Shown here: positions 24,400-38,441 of the stretch, piece by piece
Layout of the letters: each line of letters begins with the position of its first letter
How positions within the stretch are numbered: position 1 is the first letter of the stretch
NCBI RefSeq assembly: GCF_006345805.1
Contig: NC_043003.1
Span: 111,786,001 to 111,850,000, forward strand
Direction: 5' to 3'
Source: Octopus sinensis
Taxonomy: Eukaryota
DNA length: 64,000 nt
Made by a program: the position numbers and the translations under genes
The notes under the pieces: model-generated
What the model was told of the DNA's origin: nothing
Databases searched by the model: none
What the model saw: the letters and a program-made list of their open reading frames with translations, nothing else

Positions 24400-24640
24400 T
24401 GCATATTATCAAGTTGGGAACGCCTTGTAGGCGAGTAGCTGCTTGGATTCTGAGATCATTCTTAACCAGAAAAAAAAGCATACCATGATACTCGTATAGA
24501 TAACGTTCATGTTCCTTTAGATCATTGTTCCCATTTATGGTCACCACAAAGTGTGGAACTAGTGGCGTAACTTGAGGCAATCCAACTTCATTACACAAAA
24601 TCGATTGTCTCGGAGAAACAAATTAAGTACTGGGAGAAAC
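24400..24640 (+). mobile_element. CR1/L2-like LINE C-terminal fragment
   Basis: Translates CRRVAAWILRSFLTR..., resembling the W.LR.F..R post-RT motif; heavily decayed. Confidence 0.4.
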
Positions 24641-24704
24641 CCTATTCCTTATAAAGATCCCTTCAAAGATATGCTATGATATATTAGCATACCATTTTTA
24701 GAAG

Positions 24705-26330
24705 ATCTACGGATTAAAGTAGTAGAGCGATCTGGTGCCCCTACAAAATCCCTGATCTTTAGCACCTATACCTTTGATAAGTCCACCTGCTCGGAGTACA
24801 ATTGTGTTGTATGTAGGAAGAACCCACGAGTTAACTGTAAGGTTAGGGATGTAGTATACAGATTACGATGTACTGAAGGACGGTGCCGAAAAATGACAAT
24901 TACCTGCCCGGAAGAGACTCTCCACAGCATAGGAGAGTGTGTAGGTGGCATTGGCGAGAGTACAAAGAAGGTAAAATCTCGTTAGCGCCCTACCAACATG
25001 CTCAGAACATGGAAGTTCGATTAATAGCATATAGGTAAATTATTATCGACGCATAGAGTTGATACGATACTTAGATCACAGAGGCTACGCACATAGCATC
25101 AGGCAGACCGTGCCTCAATACAAAACACGTATGGATGAGTAACATCTACTACCACACCACATGACTAAAGACAGAAAGGAAGAGATGTGGTGGGAGAAAA
25201 ATCGTAAATGATACACAGATACATACACGGTAATGCATATAATACAGACATATATGCACTTACCTGTGATACATATAAGAAATAGAGATAGATGAATAAG
25301 AAAAATGAATGAAACAAAAGTAATAAATAAATGTAGAAATAGATTAACAAAACATTCAAACACCAAAATTTAAGATATCACTACTGCTAAGTTTACATGC
25401 ATTGTTCGCATGCAAATAGCATTATTTAGCTATAAATTATAAATTTGCACGAAGCATAGGGATGCATAAAAACATACACCTGGTAGAAATAAGAACTAAA
25501 TTCCTAATTAAACCACCGTACAGCACCAAGGTAACAGAGAAATAACAGTAGGTGAGGAAACGGAAAGAATTAATACATTTAAGAGCACAACTATAAAAGA
25601 TTATGCAGTTTAGGACATCCACATACCCGGATTTCGGCTTTTGGAAAAAATCAATCCTTGAGCCTCTTCAGTAAAAATTCGAGGCTATCACGTTAAACTC
25701 CGTTAGTGTACTGGTTTTGTTTGGCGTAATTGATAATAGATAAATAAATGAACATATTTGTCACATATCTGTCATAAATCGAAGAAATAGAGAGAGATGA
25801 AATAAGTAAATAAATCAATATAAATCAAACAGCATACGAAGTGATACATACATACACACAAGAAACTTCCCGGACGACCACAACAATCTCAACGACACCG
25901 ATAACAATGATAGCAGCAGCGGCGGTGACAACGATGACAATGAGAAGTACCACGATGGCAACACTGTAGCCTAACAAAAAACAAAAAACACAGAGGCAAA
26001 CATGAACTGTACCGAAGTTTCGGGTCTTAGGACAGCTGCAGCACAATGGGGTGAGAGGATGGGGTGAAGGGAAGGCGATACTGCTGTCAAGAAGAATGGC
26101 ACACACACAAGTATACACAAGCATACATGCACCCAAACATGGCTGCAAACCCATGCTCACTTAAAGATACACATCTTAGAAGAACAGAATGGGGTAAGTG
26201 GAGCAAGAGTAAACATGAAAACGAAAAGTGTCGCTGAAGATGTCACAGATGTGTGACGAAGGATTTCCGAAGAATGGACATGAATTACAATGAAAATAGA
26301 ATATAAATACAAACATTAATAAACCAGTGA
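24705..26330 (+). mobile_element. Penelope-like element 3' fragment: GIY-YIG remnant plus long 3' region with a hammerhead motif
   Basis: DLRIKVVERSG...STCSEYNCVVC...NCKVRDVVYRLRC...ITEATHIASGRPCLNTK; the 3' region is homologous to 44860-45570. Confidence 0.75.
26231..26270 (+). ncRNA. PLE-associated hammerhead-like motif (GAAA changed to GAAG)
   Basis: UCG-CUGAAGA-U-GUCACA(GAUG)UGUGAC-GAAG-GAUUUC-CGA: 6-bp stem II, 3-bp stem I. Confidence 0.55.
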
Positions 26331-26367
26331 AGAAGACATATATTGTGCGTCTGTTTAATTGGCAAAA

Positions 26368-26436
26368 CCTCGGACCGACCAAAGTCATGTGAGCATGTGA
26401 GTGGACTTGGTAGACAGAAACAGAAAGAAGCCCGTC

Positions 26437-26494
<58 letters not shown>

Positions 26495-26665
26495 ATGTGT
26501 GTATGTATATATGTTTATATGTATATTTATATGTATGTGTGTGTATATGTTTGTGTGCCTGTGTTTGTCCACCCAGCATCGCTTGGCAACCGATGCTCGT
26601 GTGTTTAAGTCCTCGTAATTTAGCGATTCGGCAAAAGAGGATAGAATAAACATTAGGCTGACAAA
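26368..26665 (+). mobile_element. SINE family A, 5'-truncated
   Basis: CCTCGGACCGACCAAAG...GTGAGTGGACTTGGTAGAC...CATCGCTTGGCAACCGATGCT...GATTCGGCAAAAGAG. Confidence 0.75.
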
Positions 26666-28185
26666 GTTCGTATGTATGTAGTCCTGCTCTACCACTCTCG
26701 CTCGATTTATCTTTGTTTCTCTTCGTCTTTTTCTCCCCAACTCACTATCTTTCTCACGTTATATCTTGCTACGGCGTCTTCTTCCTCTTCCAGTTGTACA
26801 TCCAACGCATGTGACTTCAAAACCCTTAACATAACTGATAGCACGGTCAGCGCAGGGCTCTCTTTTCTAATGACACTGTTTTTCTTCAGGATTTTGAATA
26901 TTTTAATGATCATATACTTTGAATCTTTCGAATTATTCCTGTATCATTTTTTCTTCTTTTCTTTCTTTTTTTCTTTTTCTCATTTTTACTTATTTTTTCT
27001 ATCTATATATTTATGCTTTGTCAGAAGTGATCCGTCATTGTTAGGGCATTCCTCGCCTTCCAAACACTGATTATGACATCAGAAATGTTTGCAGGGCGAC
27101 ATATCTCTCAGGACGTTTAGAAGATTTCCTGAGTACACCCCAATATTTAATAACAGTATTGGACAAGACACGCATTTGAAGCGCATTATGTGATTATGTA
27201 GGGTTAGCGCGTGCAAGGTTCAAACTCCTTAAACCTCTGCCCAGACCTTTACATCAACCTAACAGTTACTGGTTGTTTTTTCTCAGATATACCAGTGTGT
27301 GTGAGAAACAACCACATCAGTTCATCCATATTGTATTTATATTAGAGATATTAGAAAGAGAGAGGAGAGAGGGGAGAGAGGGGAAGAGGGAGAGATAGAG
27401 TATGATGTTGACAATTGAAACGTGTTGGCTCTTCGGTTTATTAGTTTGTGGCCTACTAGGGTTGAGCATGCCTTGACTGCTAATGTTATACACAGGCGCC
27501 GTGCCTGATTAGCAATGTAGGGGATGTGTATTTCTATAACTATATCTAATAAGAATGGTCTTTTCCGATATCGTGAATGCTGTTTCTTCTGCTGCTTTAT
27601 TTAGGCTGGATTTATATACTCAGGTCGTAGAATGTCTTTTATTTATATTAAAGACATCAAGTCCTCGAATATTTTACGCTAGTAAATGAATATATTTATG
27701 GTTGTTCACCAGTGTTAACCTCGGTAGTATCGCTATTTTCATTTTCGCTGCTACTTTAGACTCTGTGTTTAGATATTGAATGCCGAAAACACTTTATTGT
27801 TTGCGTTTAAAACCTGCAGATATCGATTTGTTACCTTCTTGTCATTGTCTACGACTGCATGTAAGAGACCTTTGGAGTTGAGAATTCGGTAAGCAACAAT
27901 AACTGTCTATTTATATTACTCCCTGATGCGCAATGCTCCTCTAACACACTCTCCTATACATAAAACTGCTGAGTGCCAGATTTATTGTGGTGGTGTTTGT
28001 TACTCTTTTAAAATATTTTAAAAGAATTACTTTCAGTAGCGCTCAACTACAGCATCGTGTAGCCATTTATCGTAACAAGTGCTGCAAATGTATTGAGCAG
28101 AGAGAGATCTTTCGACTGTAATGAACGTCTATGTAATTACAATAATTCTTCCTTTCATTTTTCTTCCTATTATTATTAATTTTTG

Positions 28186-28412
28186 TCTTTACTACCCACA
28201 AGGGGTTAAACATAAAGAGGACCAACAAGGACAGACAAACGGATCAAGTAGATTACATCCACACCAGTGCGCAACTGGTACTTAATTTATCGACCCCGAA
28301 AGAATGAATGGCAAAGTCGACCTCGGCGGAATTCGAACTCAGAACGTAACGGCAGATGAAATAGGGCTACGCATTTCACCCGGGGTGCTAACGTTTCTGC
28401 CAGCTCGCCGCC
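28186..28412 (-). mobile_element. SINE family C, near full length
   Basis: Minus strand GGCGGCGAGCTGGCAGAAACGTTAGCA...GAGTTCGAATTCCGCC (B box)...CTTGTGGGTAGTAAAGA. Confidence 0.85.
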
Positions 28413-28434
28413 TATTATTATTGACATAACTAAC

Positions 28435-28506
<72 letters not shown>

Positions 28507-29063
28507 TGAGTGAGTGAGCAGAGCATGCCATCAAAGTGACACTGGGGTACAATATACGAAGCCCAGTATACCCATCATGACTATGCGTCTGATAAAGGTA
28601 CACCAGGCACATGCATCACAACAATGGGTGCGCGACATGGTGATCTCATATCAAGATAAACAGCACATGACCTTGCAGGTGGAGCCCAGTTAGAATTTTC
28701 TTCAGATCGAGTAACCCATCCCACTCAAAAGGTCCCTGAATAAGGGTTGTTTAAGGACGTTGAACGAAACACCCATGTTTCCAGAGGTGAATTATTCAAA
28801 CCCCAAAGAATCTTTCTCAACACATGGCTATGATGCTCCCCCACTACTTCTGCTCGTGATCAGAGATGCACATATCGTCAGCCATTAAGGGACATGCTCA
28901 ACTGGTTAAGGTCAAACAACTGACAAGCAAATCTGTGGTATTGAGCAGAATATTTGCAGTAGCCCATCTTTTATACCAAGACAAAACAATGTACATGATA
29001 ACACTTCCAATCAGTTAAGATCAGAAGCCATGAGAGCCACTGTCTGGTACTGCATCAGGGCAT
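28507..29063. mobile_element. ~555-bp non-coding module bounded on both sides by (ATT)n arrays
   Basis: Sharp boundaries with (ATT)n at 28424-28505 and 29065-29210, and no ORF. It resembles a high-copy octopus repeat from recollection; family unassigned. Confidence 0.5.
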
Positions 29064-29071
29064 TTATTATC

Positions 29072-29104
<33 letters not shown>

Positions 29105-29112
29105 ATTATTAA

Positions 29113-29790
<678 letters not shown>

Positions 29791-29814
29791 TGAATATATT
29801 CCTTCTTATATTCC

Positions 29815-29829
29815 TTATTATTATTATTA

Positions 29830-29883
<54 letters not shown>

Positions 29884-29897
29884 TATTATTATTATTA

Positions 29898-29943
<46 letters not shown>

Positions 29944-30073
29944 TATCATCATCATTATTATTATCATTATTATTATTATTACTATTTTTATTATTATTAT
30001 TATTAGTATTATTATTGGCCCTTCTGGGAAATAAATGAAATTATTATTATGATCATCATCATTATTATTATTA

Positions 30074-30113
<40 letters not shown>

Positions 30114-30166
30114 CATCATCATTTTCATTATTATTATCATTATTATTATTAATTATTATTATTATC

Positions 30167-30208
<42 letters not shown>

Positions 30209-30226
30209 TTATTATTATTATTATCA

Positions 30227-30273
<47 letters not shown>

Positions 30274-30370
30274 TATTATTATTATCATTATCATTATTAT
30301 TATTATCATTATTATTATATTATTATTATTATTATTATATTATCATCATCATCAATCATCATCATCATCA

Positions 30371-30417
<47 letters not shown>

Positions 30418-30424
30418 TTTATTA

Positions 30425-30483
<59 letters not shown>

Positions 30484-30485
30484 TA

Positions 30486-30531
<46 letters not shown>

Positions 30532-30811
30532 TATCATCATCATTATTATTATCATTATTATTATTATTACTATTTTTATTATTATTATTAGTATTATTAT
30601 TGGCCCTTCTGGGAAATAAATGAAATTATTATTATGATCATCATCATTATTATTATTATCATATTATTATTATTATTATATTATTATTATTATTATCATC
30701 ATCATTTTCATTATTATATCATTATTATTATTTAATTATTATTATTATCATCATTATCATTATTATTATTTATTATTATATTATTATTATTTTTATGATT
30801 ATTATTATCAC

Positions 30812-30868
<57 letters not shown>

Positions 30869-30894
30869 CATCATCATTATCATTATTATTATTA

Positions 30895-30928
<34 letters not shown>

Positions 30929-30932
30929 CATT

Positions 30933-31017
<85 letters not shown>

Positions 31018-31032
31018 TTATTATTATTATTA
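29815..31032. repeat. ~1.2-kb (ATT)n/(ATC)n array with an internal ~585-bp duplication
   Basis: The unique anchor TGGCCCTTCTGGGAAATAAATGAAA occurs at 30016 and 30601 with matching interruption patterns on both sides. Confidence 0.93.
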
Positions 31033-31232
31033 CGGCGACGAGCAGGTAGAAGCGTTAGTACGCTGGATGAAGTGCTTAACGTCATTTTGTCAGTCTATGA
31101 GTTCAAATTCTAGCTTTGCTTTCTATCCTTACGGGATCGATGAAGTCAGTACTAGTTAAACATTGAGCCCGATTTAGTCGACGCATCCCATCTCCCAAAT
31201 TTGCTGCCCTTCTGGCAAAATTTGAAGCCATT
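31033..31232 (+). mobile_element. SINE family C
   Basis: CGGCGACGAGCAGGTAGAAGCGTTAG...GAGTTCAAATTC...; directly follows the ATT array. Confidence 0.7.
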
Positions 31233-34013
31233 ATCTTGTATTCGAACCCTCTGCAAATCATAATAGCTTCGGGTCATCATCTGCCGTATGAGGGAATAAT
31301 GTGCAGATGAACATTTTGTATAGACGGAACCGGTGAAACACTGCTCCACTCTTGTCTCACTGAGTAGAATTGAGGCTTGTATGAATGATACATATTCGTG
31401 TTAGAATACTCTGGCAATCAGTACGCTAACTCAAGGACTAATTCGAGCAACTGATGAAACAATTTGGTGCTCATGGATCCATCCATTACTGATGACTTAT
31501 ATAAATATCTCGAATGATGTTAACCATCACTACTAAGAAATCTATGAAGAAATATAACGTTTACTCAGTTTATCATATTCAACATACATCATATAATTTA
31601 GCCTGCCATTGACTTGAGTGATAATACAAATCTTAAGGCTTAAACATCTACTATCTCCATTTTGTTGATGGACCAAAACAATGGCATAAATACATCCACT
31701 AACGAATTTCAGTACGTTTAAAGAATGTAGCAGCCCCACCTAATTTTCACCCTATATATCTTTGCATTCTGCCTCTATTCTCTCTGCTGCTCCTCTTTGT
31801 TCAACACCATTCATCCTAAAAACTTTATACTTCTGATTAACCAATCAACTATTTACAAATGTGTTGTTAAACCTCACGTACATACTCTATTACTGCCCAG
31901 TTTCTTTGCAGTCACAAACGCCATGCAACAAGATGAAACAAAGGTAATTTACAAACTGACAAAGGTGGCTAAACTGTAATATAAATAAACATTTTTCTTT
32001 GTAAAAATAAGCCATTATTCTAAATATATATGTGTGTGCATGCGTGTATGCACCCATGTGCATTTGTGTGTGTGTTAGTGCGCGTGCGCGTGCCTGTGTG
32101 TATGTGAAGTTGGTGTTGGAGTTGCTTACAAATTTATTTTGGTTCTTCGGTGTAGATATTTTTTATTTCTTCGAAACAGATTGTCAGAGACCAAAGAGTA
32201 TGTATATTTTTGATAATCTCGACATTTTCTGTATCATGAAAACAAACTTCTGTATTATAATGCATTTCCATAGGCAGATTAAATACAATAGGTTGCGAAG
32301 TATAATTTGCTTGTTCTATATACTGTCATAATATGTTTGTTTCTAGTTAATTCAGATTGGAAAGCTCATAAGTTTATGCAATTCGTTCCATCTACCATAC
32401 AAATATTTTCGCGTATGAAACATTATTAATAAAATCTAATGTATACAAACTTTGCACAATCCTCTGAGATACGTTTCATTTCACCTGTTACTGGATATTT
32501 TATTTATATTTATCAACCCGTTTAACTTCACCGTCTATCGTCATTACCATTGTCTAATCTTTTTCTTACATTCCTTCCTCTGAATATTACGTAATATTAT
32601 ATTGAACGGATTACAACGATAAAACTGTTTAGGCGCCATTTTCGATGTTCAATCTGTTGGCAACATTCATCGGAATAATACTTAATATTGTATGGCGGTG
32701 AACAATATATGAGTCATTGTTACTTCTTTTTCAACACCCGTCTCATAGGCGCCACTACAAAGCACAGTTCGCGCAAACACACCCGTTTTTACTAAGCCAT
32801 ATAAAGTATATGAATAGTGAAACGCGGCTCTCTGTTTTTCAGTTATTAATAAGTTCAGTTTATATATTCGTAACTTTGTCGGACATTTGTGGCCTGTTTC
32901 ACGCTTATTAAATTGTTTCCTTTCACAAGTGATTTTCCTGCTTGTGGTTATTTTCTCATCCACTCCTTTATTCATATCGTTTCTTTTTGATATCTCGCTT
33001 CCATTTTCTTTAATTTTTATAATTAATGTGTTGCATATGTTTCTACTATTAATTCAACTTTGGTTCAGAAACACATTTTCATCCATGCCATTCCAACCGC
33101 TTTTGAGTTCTACCTTTTTTCTTTTGTTTGTTTTTTTTCTTTTTGTGTGAATCTGAAGCTGCCTTTTTTGTGTCTCTTAATACGTTTCAATAAAATGTGG
33201 TGTGAAAGTGAATCCCATTCATCTAAATTTCTATGATTCAAACTTTTTATATACAATTCATTAGTATCCTCCTTTTTACTTTGTGTTGCGTAGGGTTCAG
33301 ATATTCTCTTGAGGATTTTTCTTACATAATCTCAAATTCATAAAAATGATATTATTAGATTTAAAGCTGTTATATTGATAGCTTCAGATTTATTTTTGTA
33401 CGAAGCACATTAATTATCTCCAGTTTCATATGGCAAACAATCTTATATAATGGAAACTTTCATTTTATTTCTTCCATTTTATACACTACTGCCTAATGTA
33501 TTCATGGCTCTTAATTTCTTTAATTTATACAGATATTTATAGGAGTTTTAATCGCTCAATTTTAATGAGAATTTTCACATTTGCTTATTGGTTTGGAAAA
33601 TATGTCTGCATTAAACATACATGTTTCAATTAATATTTTTTTTTTTAATTATGTTTCAATAAATCTATTCTTATAGAGAGAAAATTCACCTGAAAATATG
33701 GTTTGATTGATTTGCCTCATATTATTAAACAATATGCTTTCGCATTCCACAGATATATTTCATATAAATTATCATGTTATTTGAAAATAATCCAAAATTA
33801 AACAAAATTATTATTTCGTAATCATCGATGTTTAACATGAAATAATTTTGGGTCCCATACCACAAGAATTTCTATATCCAATTTGCCTACACTGCGATAA
33901 AAGAGTTAGATTTATTTTTCTTCTATATTAGATGTCTATTTTATCTGAAACCATAAAAAAGTTTCTTTGTTAGGACATTGATTTATTGTCTTTTATGCAC
34001 ACCTCAAGAAAAG

Positions 34014-34051
<38 letters not shown>

Positions 34052-34070
34052 ACACACACACACACACACG

Positions 34071-34127
<57 letters not shown>

Positions 34128-35341
34128 GGATATGCAATAATCATCATACGCCTTGAATATTCACATAAAAGATATACGCTAGGTTCTCTTTAACAAATGA
34201 ATATAAAATTACGTCTTTTATTATTGCATAATATATGATAATAATACAATGTATCATAAATCAGTAATTAATATTATAATAAAAAAATATTAGGAAGATT
34301 CGTGTGGTTGCAAATGATACATACATCATGACGGTGATCATAACCTTGTCGAGAATATTTTACAAATCACAGGTTTCACTGACATTGCCCTTTAGTAAAA
34401 GAACATAATAAGTAACATTCGTGTCTAGTACACGATTAGTAGGTGATAAATACATTTTAAACAACAGTAAAAGAACAGAGGAGAATCACTTGCTTTGTTA
34501 CTCTTCATTCTAACCTTCCGAATATTAATAAATATCCAAAGAAACAGAATACCGATAGTAGTGCAATAGGATTATAATCATCCATCTCTTCTACGCAGGT
34601 ACACCTAAATTTTGTGCTCCAAACTGTTAACAATTGAAAACTTCGCTACATACATCGCATAGACGATGTAGATAGGGTTATGGAGAAATTATATTTACAA
34701 AAGTGACTTACGCTAACCTTGAGAGAGCCAAAAATAAAGAGAAATGTAAATACTGCTCACTTTTATACAGAAAAAGTATTCAGTAGAGAACTTTATATGA
34801 AATTCGGGTTATAAAAATTCATGTAAAAATTCGTATCGCTCTCCCTCGTCCTTTCTATCCTGAAATGCTACTAGGTGAAATTTGTTGATTTTATTAGATT
34901 AATTATATTTCACCCTTTATCGGTATTGAATACTTTTACTCCCCTAGTACTGCTTTTGTGACTCACGTGGTGAGATTTTGGAGGGAGATACGAATTCGCT
35001 TGTCTATATAAATGTGGTTATGCTAGTGGACTTTTGTATCTTTCGACGTCGTTTCGTCGGAAATATAAAGGGTAAGTTTTTCCTAGCATTTCTAGATTTA
35101 TGGGTAATATTATGTTGATAAGGAAATGAACTTTACGATTCTAATCCAGAAACGATCGTCCATAATTAATCCAGTAGACTGTTTGTTTTCGTTGTTTTCC
35201 TTTCTTCTTTTACCATATATGAGTTACAAATGGTGTTGTTTGCGGAGACTTATTTTTGTAGTAATAGTAATAGTAACCCTTTGACTGCTATTTCTGATAT
35301 TTACGTTATGTGGTTTAAGCAACCTGTTGCAAAAAACCCTT

Positions 35342-35377
<36 letters not shown>

Positions 35378-35824
35378 ATATATATATATTTATATGCGAG
35401 TGTGTGTGTGTATGAAAGTACATGCAAGTATAAATCGCTCTAATACTGTAGTTAACGCACGTTTATGAAAAGTATACACTAACAGCCACCACAGTCGTCC
35501 GTAAATTGCTCATCGAGAATTCTAAACATTGACGAGTCGATCTCGGCAACTTCCGTTGTCCCATCAGTTAAAATTTCAGAAAATGAAAGCCAAAGAGAAA
35601 ACTTCCTTTCGCGTTACATACCAAAGCAAAATAGTCAATAATTAAAATTTGTATTTATGCTTACACTATACGCAATGTAATACACTATTTAAGGAGTCTA
35701 AATATAGTTGGGATACAGTTTTGAAAAAAATGTGATAAACAACCTTTCGTATAAAAGCCAATGAAAAAGTTATGACGTAAACATAAATATTAATGGCGAA
35801 GCTCTTAACTGATATAGACCGCTA

Positions 35825-36560
35825 TTTTTTTTTTTGTAAGTTTCTGCATCATTTGGTCCAGTTGACCGCAGAATACTTCTGCGGTAATTGATGAGCCAGG
35901 TTTAATAACACCTACGAGAGATCACCAAACACACGCCATCAGATTCTTTTCATGAATTTTGCTTTTTGGATTGTGTTTTGGTTGCTCGTCATTGTCCAAC
36001 AATTGTGCTGAATGTTCACGGTTGTTGTATTCGATTCATTTCTCACTACATGTTACAATTCGATTCAAAAATGATTAATTTTTGTGACGAGGATGTAGCA
36101 AAATCCAGGCTTCCAAACATTGCTGTTTCTGATTTTTTGTGGAACCCACTTATCCAAACTTTTCACATTAACGCTTTGAACTAGGTGAGTCAATATTTTT
36201 TCCTTGCTAACACGAATCAACAACGATAATTCGCGTGCGCTTTGAGATAGATGTGACTCCACGGTCGCTTTCAGTGTGTCATTATCCACCTTCGTTTCTG
36301 GTCGAGCCCTTTGCTCCTTTTCAGATCAAAGATACCAGAACGAAATTTTGCAAACGAATTTGATACTGCAGTGTCATAACTTTAGAAGGAAATACTCCGT
36401 TGATATTCCGAGCTGTCTGTGATGTTGTATTTCCAAGAAAGATGTCATATTCCAAAACTGTACGAATTTCAGACTTATCTATTTCTAAACAAAAAAAGCA
36501 AAATCGATTTATAAATACTTCATAAAGCGCATAATGAGTTATAACAAAGAAATAAACGTG
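35825..36560 (-). mobile_element. Mariner (DD34D-type) transposase fragment, N-terminal two thirds
   Basis: DKSEIR...TARNING...DNDTLKATVES..SQSARELS...SLDKWVPQ...RIVTCSEK*IEYNNR...ACVW..; typical mariner HTH and WVP motifs, with stops and frameshifts. Confidence 0.8.
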
Positions 36561-36653
36561 TCAGCTTTCAAACAAAAAATAAAGACTGCTAAAATGTAAT
36601 AATGGCGTAAAATGAGCAGCTATACACACACAGACACACACACTTATATATGT

Positions 36654-36687
<34 letters not shown>

Positions 36688-36688
36688 T

Positions 36689-37008
36689 GAGGGCGCGTGG
36701 CTTAGTGGTTAGGGCATTCGGCTCATGATCGTAAGGTTGTGAGTTCGATTCCCGGCGACGCGTTGTGTCCTTGAGCAAGACACTTTATTTCACGTTGCTC
36801 CAGTCCACTCAGCTGGCAAAAATGAGTTGTACTTGTATTTCAAAGGGTCAGCCTTGTCACTCTCTGTGTCACGCTGATTATCCCCGAGAACTACGTTAAG
36901 GGTACACGTGTCTGTGGAATGCTCAGCCATTTGCACGTTAATTTCACGAGCAAGCTGTTCCGTTGATCGTATCAGCTGGGACCCTCGTCGTCGTAACCGG
37001 CGGAGTCT

Positions 37009-37012
<4 letters not shown>
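36689..37012 (+). mobile_element. tRNA-derived SINE family B with a CORE-like central domain, full length
   Basis: A box TGGCTTAGTGG (36698-36708), B box GAGTTCGATTCC (36741-36752), GTGTCCTTGAGCAAGACACTT...CAGCTGGCAAAAATGAG similar to the CORE-SINE domain; ends in a T-run. Confidence 0.85.
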
Positions 37013-37560
<548 letters not shown>

Positions 37561-38385
37561 TAAGATATATAGATATATAACACATTCACGCGCATACATA
37601 CATACAGACACACGCATATCCATACACACGTTTACACACATCTCTATACACATGCCCTTCCACACACGAATTTACACACACATACGTAAACACGCACGCT
37701 AACATTCTCATAAGTACACTCAGAAACATATAAGTATACACACAGCAACACCAACGCTCTCATACCCTCCTCACCTCGCCCCACCACAAAATTGAACTGC
37801 GGCTACTATCATGTGCGAAACCACCCCTTTGCACACATAATACTCACATAAGACACACGCGCACAAATACTATCAGACAAATGCACATATATGCAAACGT
37901 GTATGAACATATGTATATATGTGCAAATTGTTTCAAGAGATATTAAGATTTTATAGATGAAGAAAATGGAAGTATTCAGATTTTGGATACATATCTATTT
38001 AGCATTTCCATATCTTTTAAAATATTCATCACAAAATATTATTTAAATCATTTATTTCAGCATATCACCGACATATGTTTCAATTGATACATTAAAATTA
38101 ATCCAAGAGGAAGAAAAACGTGGATTAAAGCATCAGTCCTATCAGAGAGAATATTATAAACAGCAGTGTCTATTAATAAACAATTTTTACACATGTAAGA
38201 AATTATAATGTCACACATGCGAGTATGGTAACCAATTTCTTAGGCACTTATCTGATATTTGGCTACCCTTGTAACTAGCTCTCTGGATCTTTCCGTGTAA
38301 ATTGAAATCTCACACACACACACACATATCTATATATATTTATTTATGGATGTATATATACATGAATATGTATTCATACATAAAT

Positions 38386-38441
<56 letters not shown>

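Noticed and set aside
27478-27514. Two-tier hairpin TGCTAAT...CAGGC/GCCTG...ATTAGCA
   Set aside because: Too short for a pre-miRNA, matches no RNA family I recognise, and is single.
28960-29063. Possible HDV-like ribozyme at the end of the TAA-flanked module
   Set aside because: A P4-like hairpin exists, but there is no C-N-R-A junction after it and too little room for P2/P3/L3.
29815-31032. Repeat-spacer-like periodicity suggesting a CRISPR-like array
   Set aside because: It is a trinucleotide microsatellite with one duplicated anchor; there are no unique spacers or cas genes.
36689-36760. tRNA-like sequence with A and B boxes (also other SINE heads)
   Set aside because: It continues into a SINE body present in several copies and has no complete cloverleaf, so it is not a tRNA gene.
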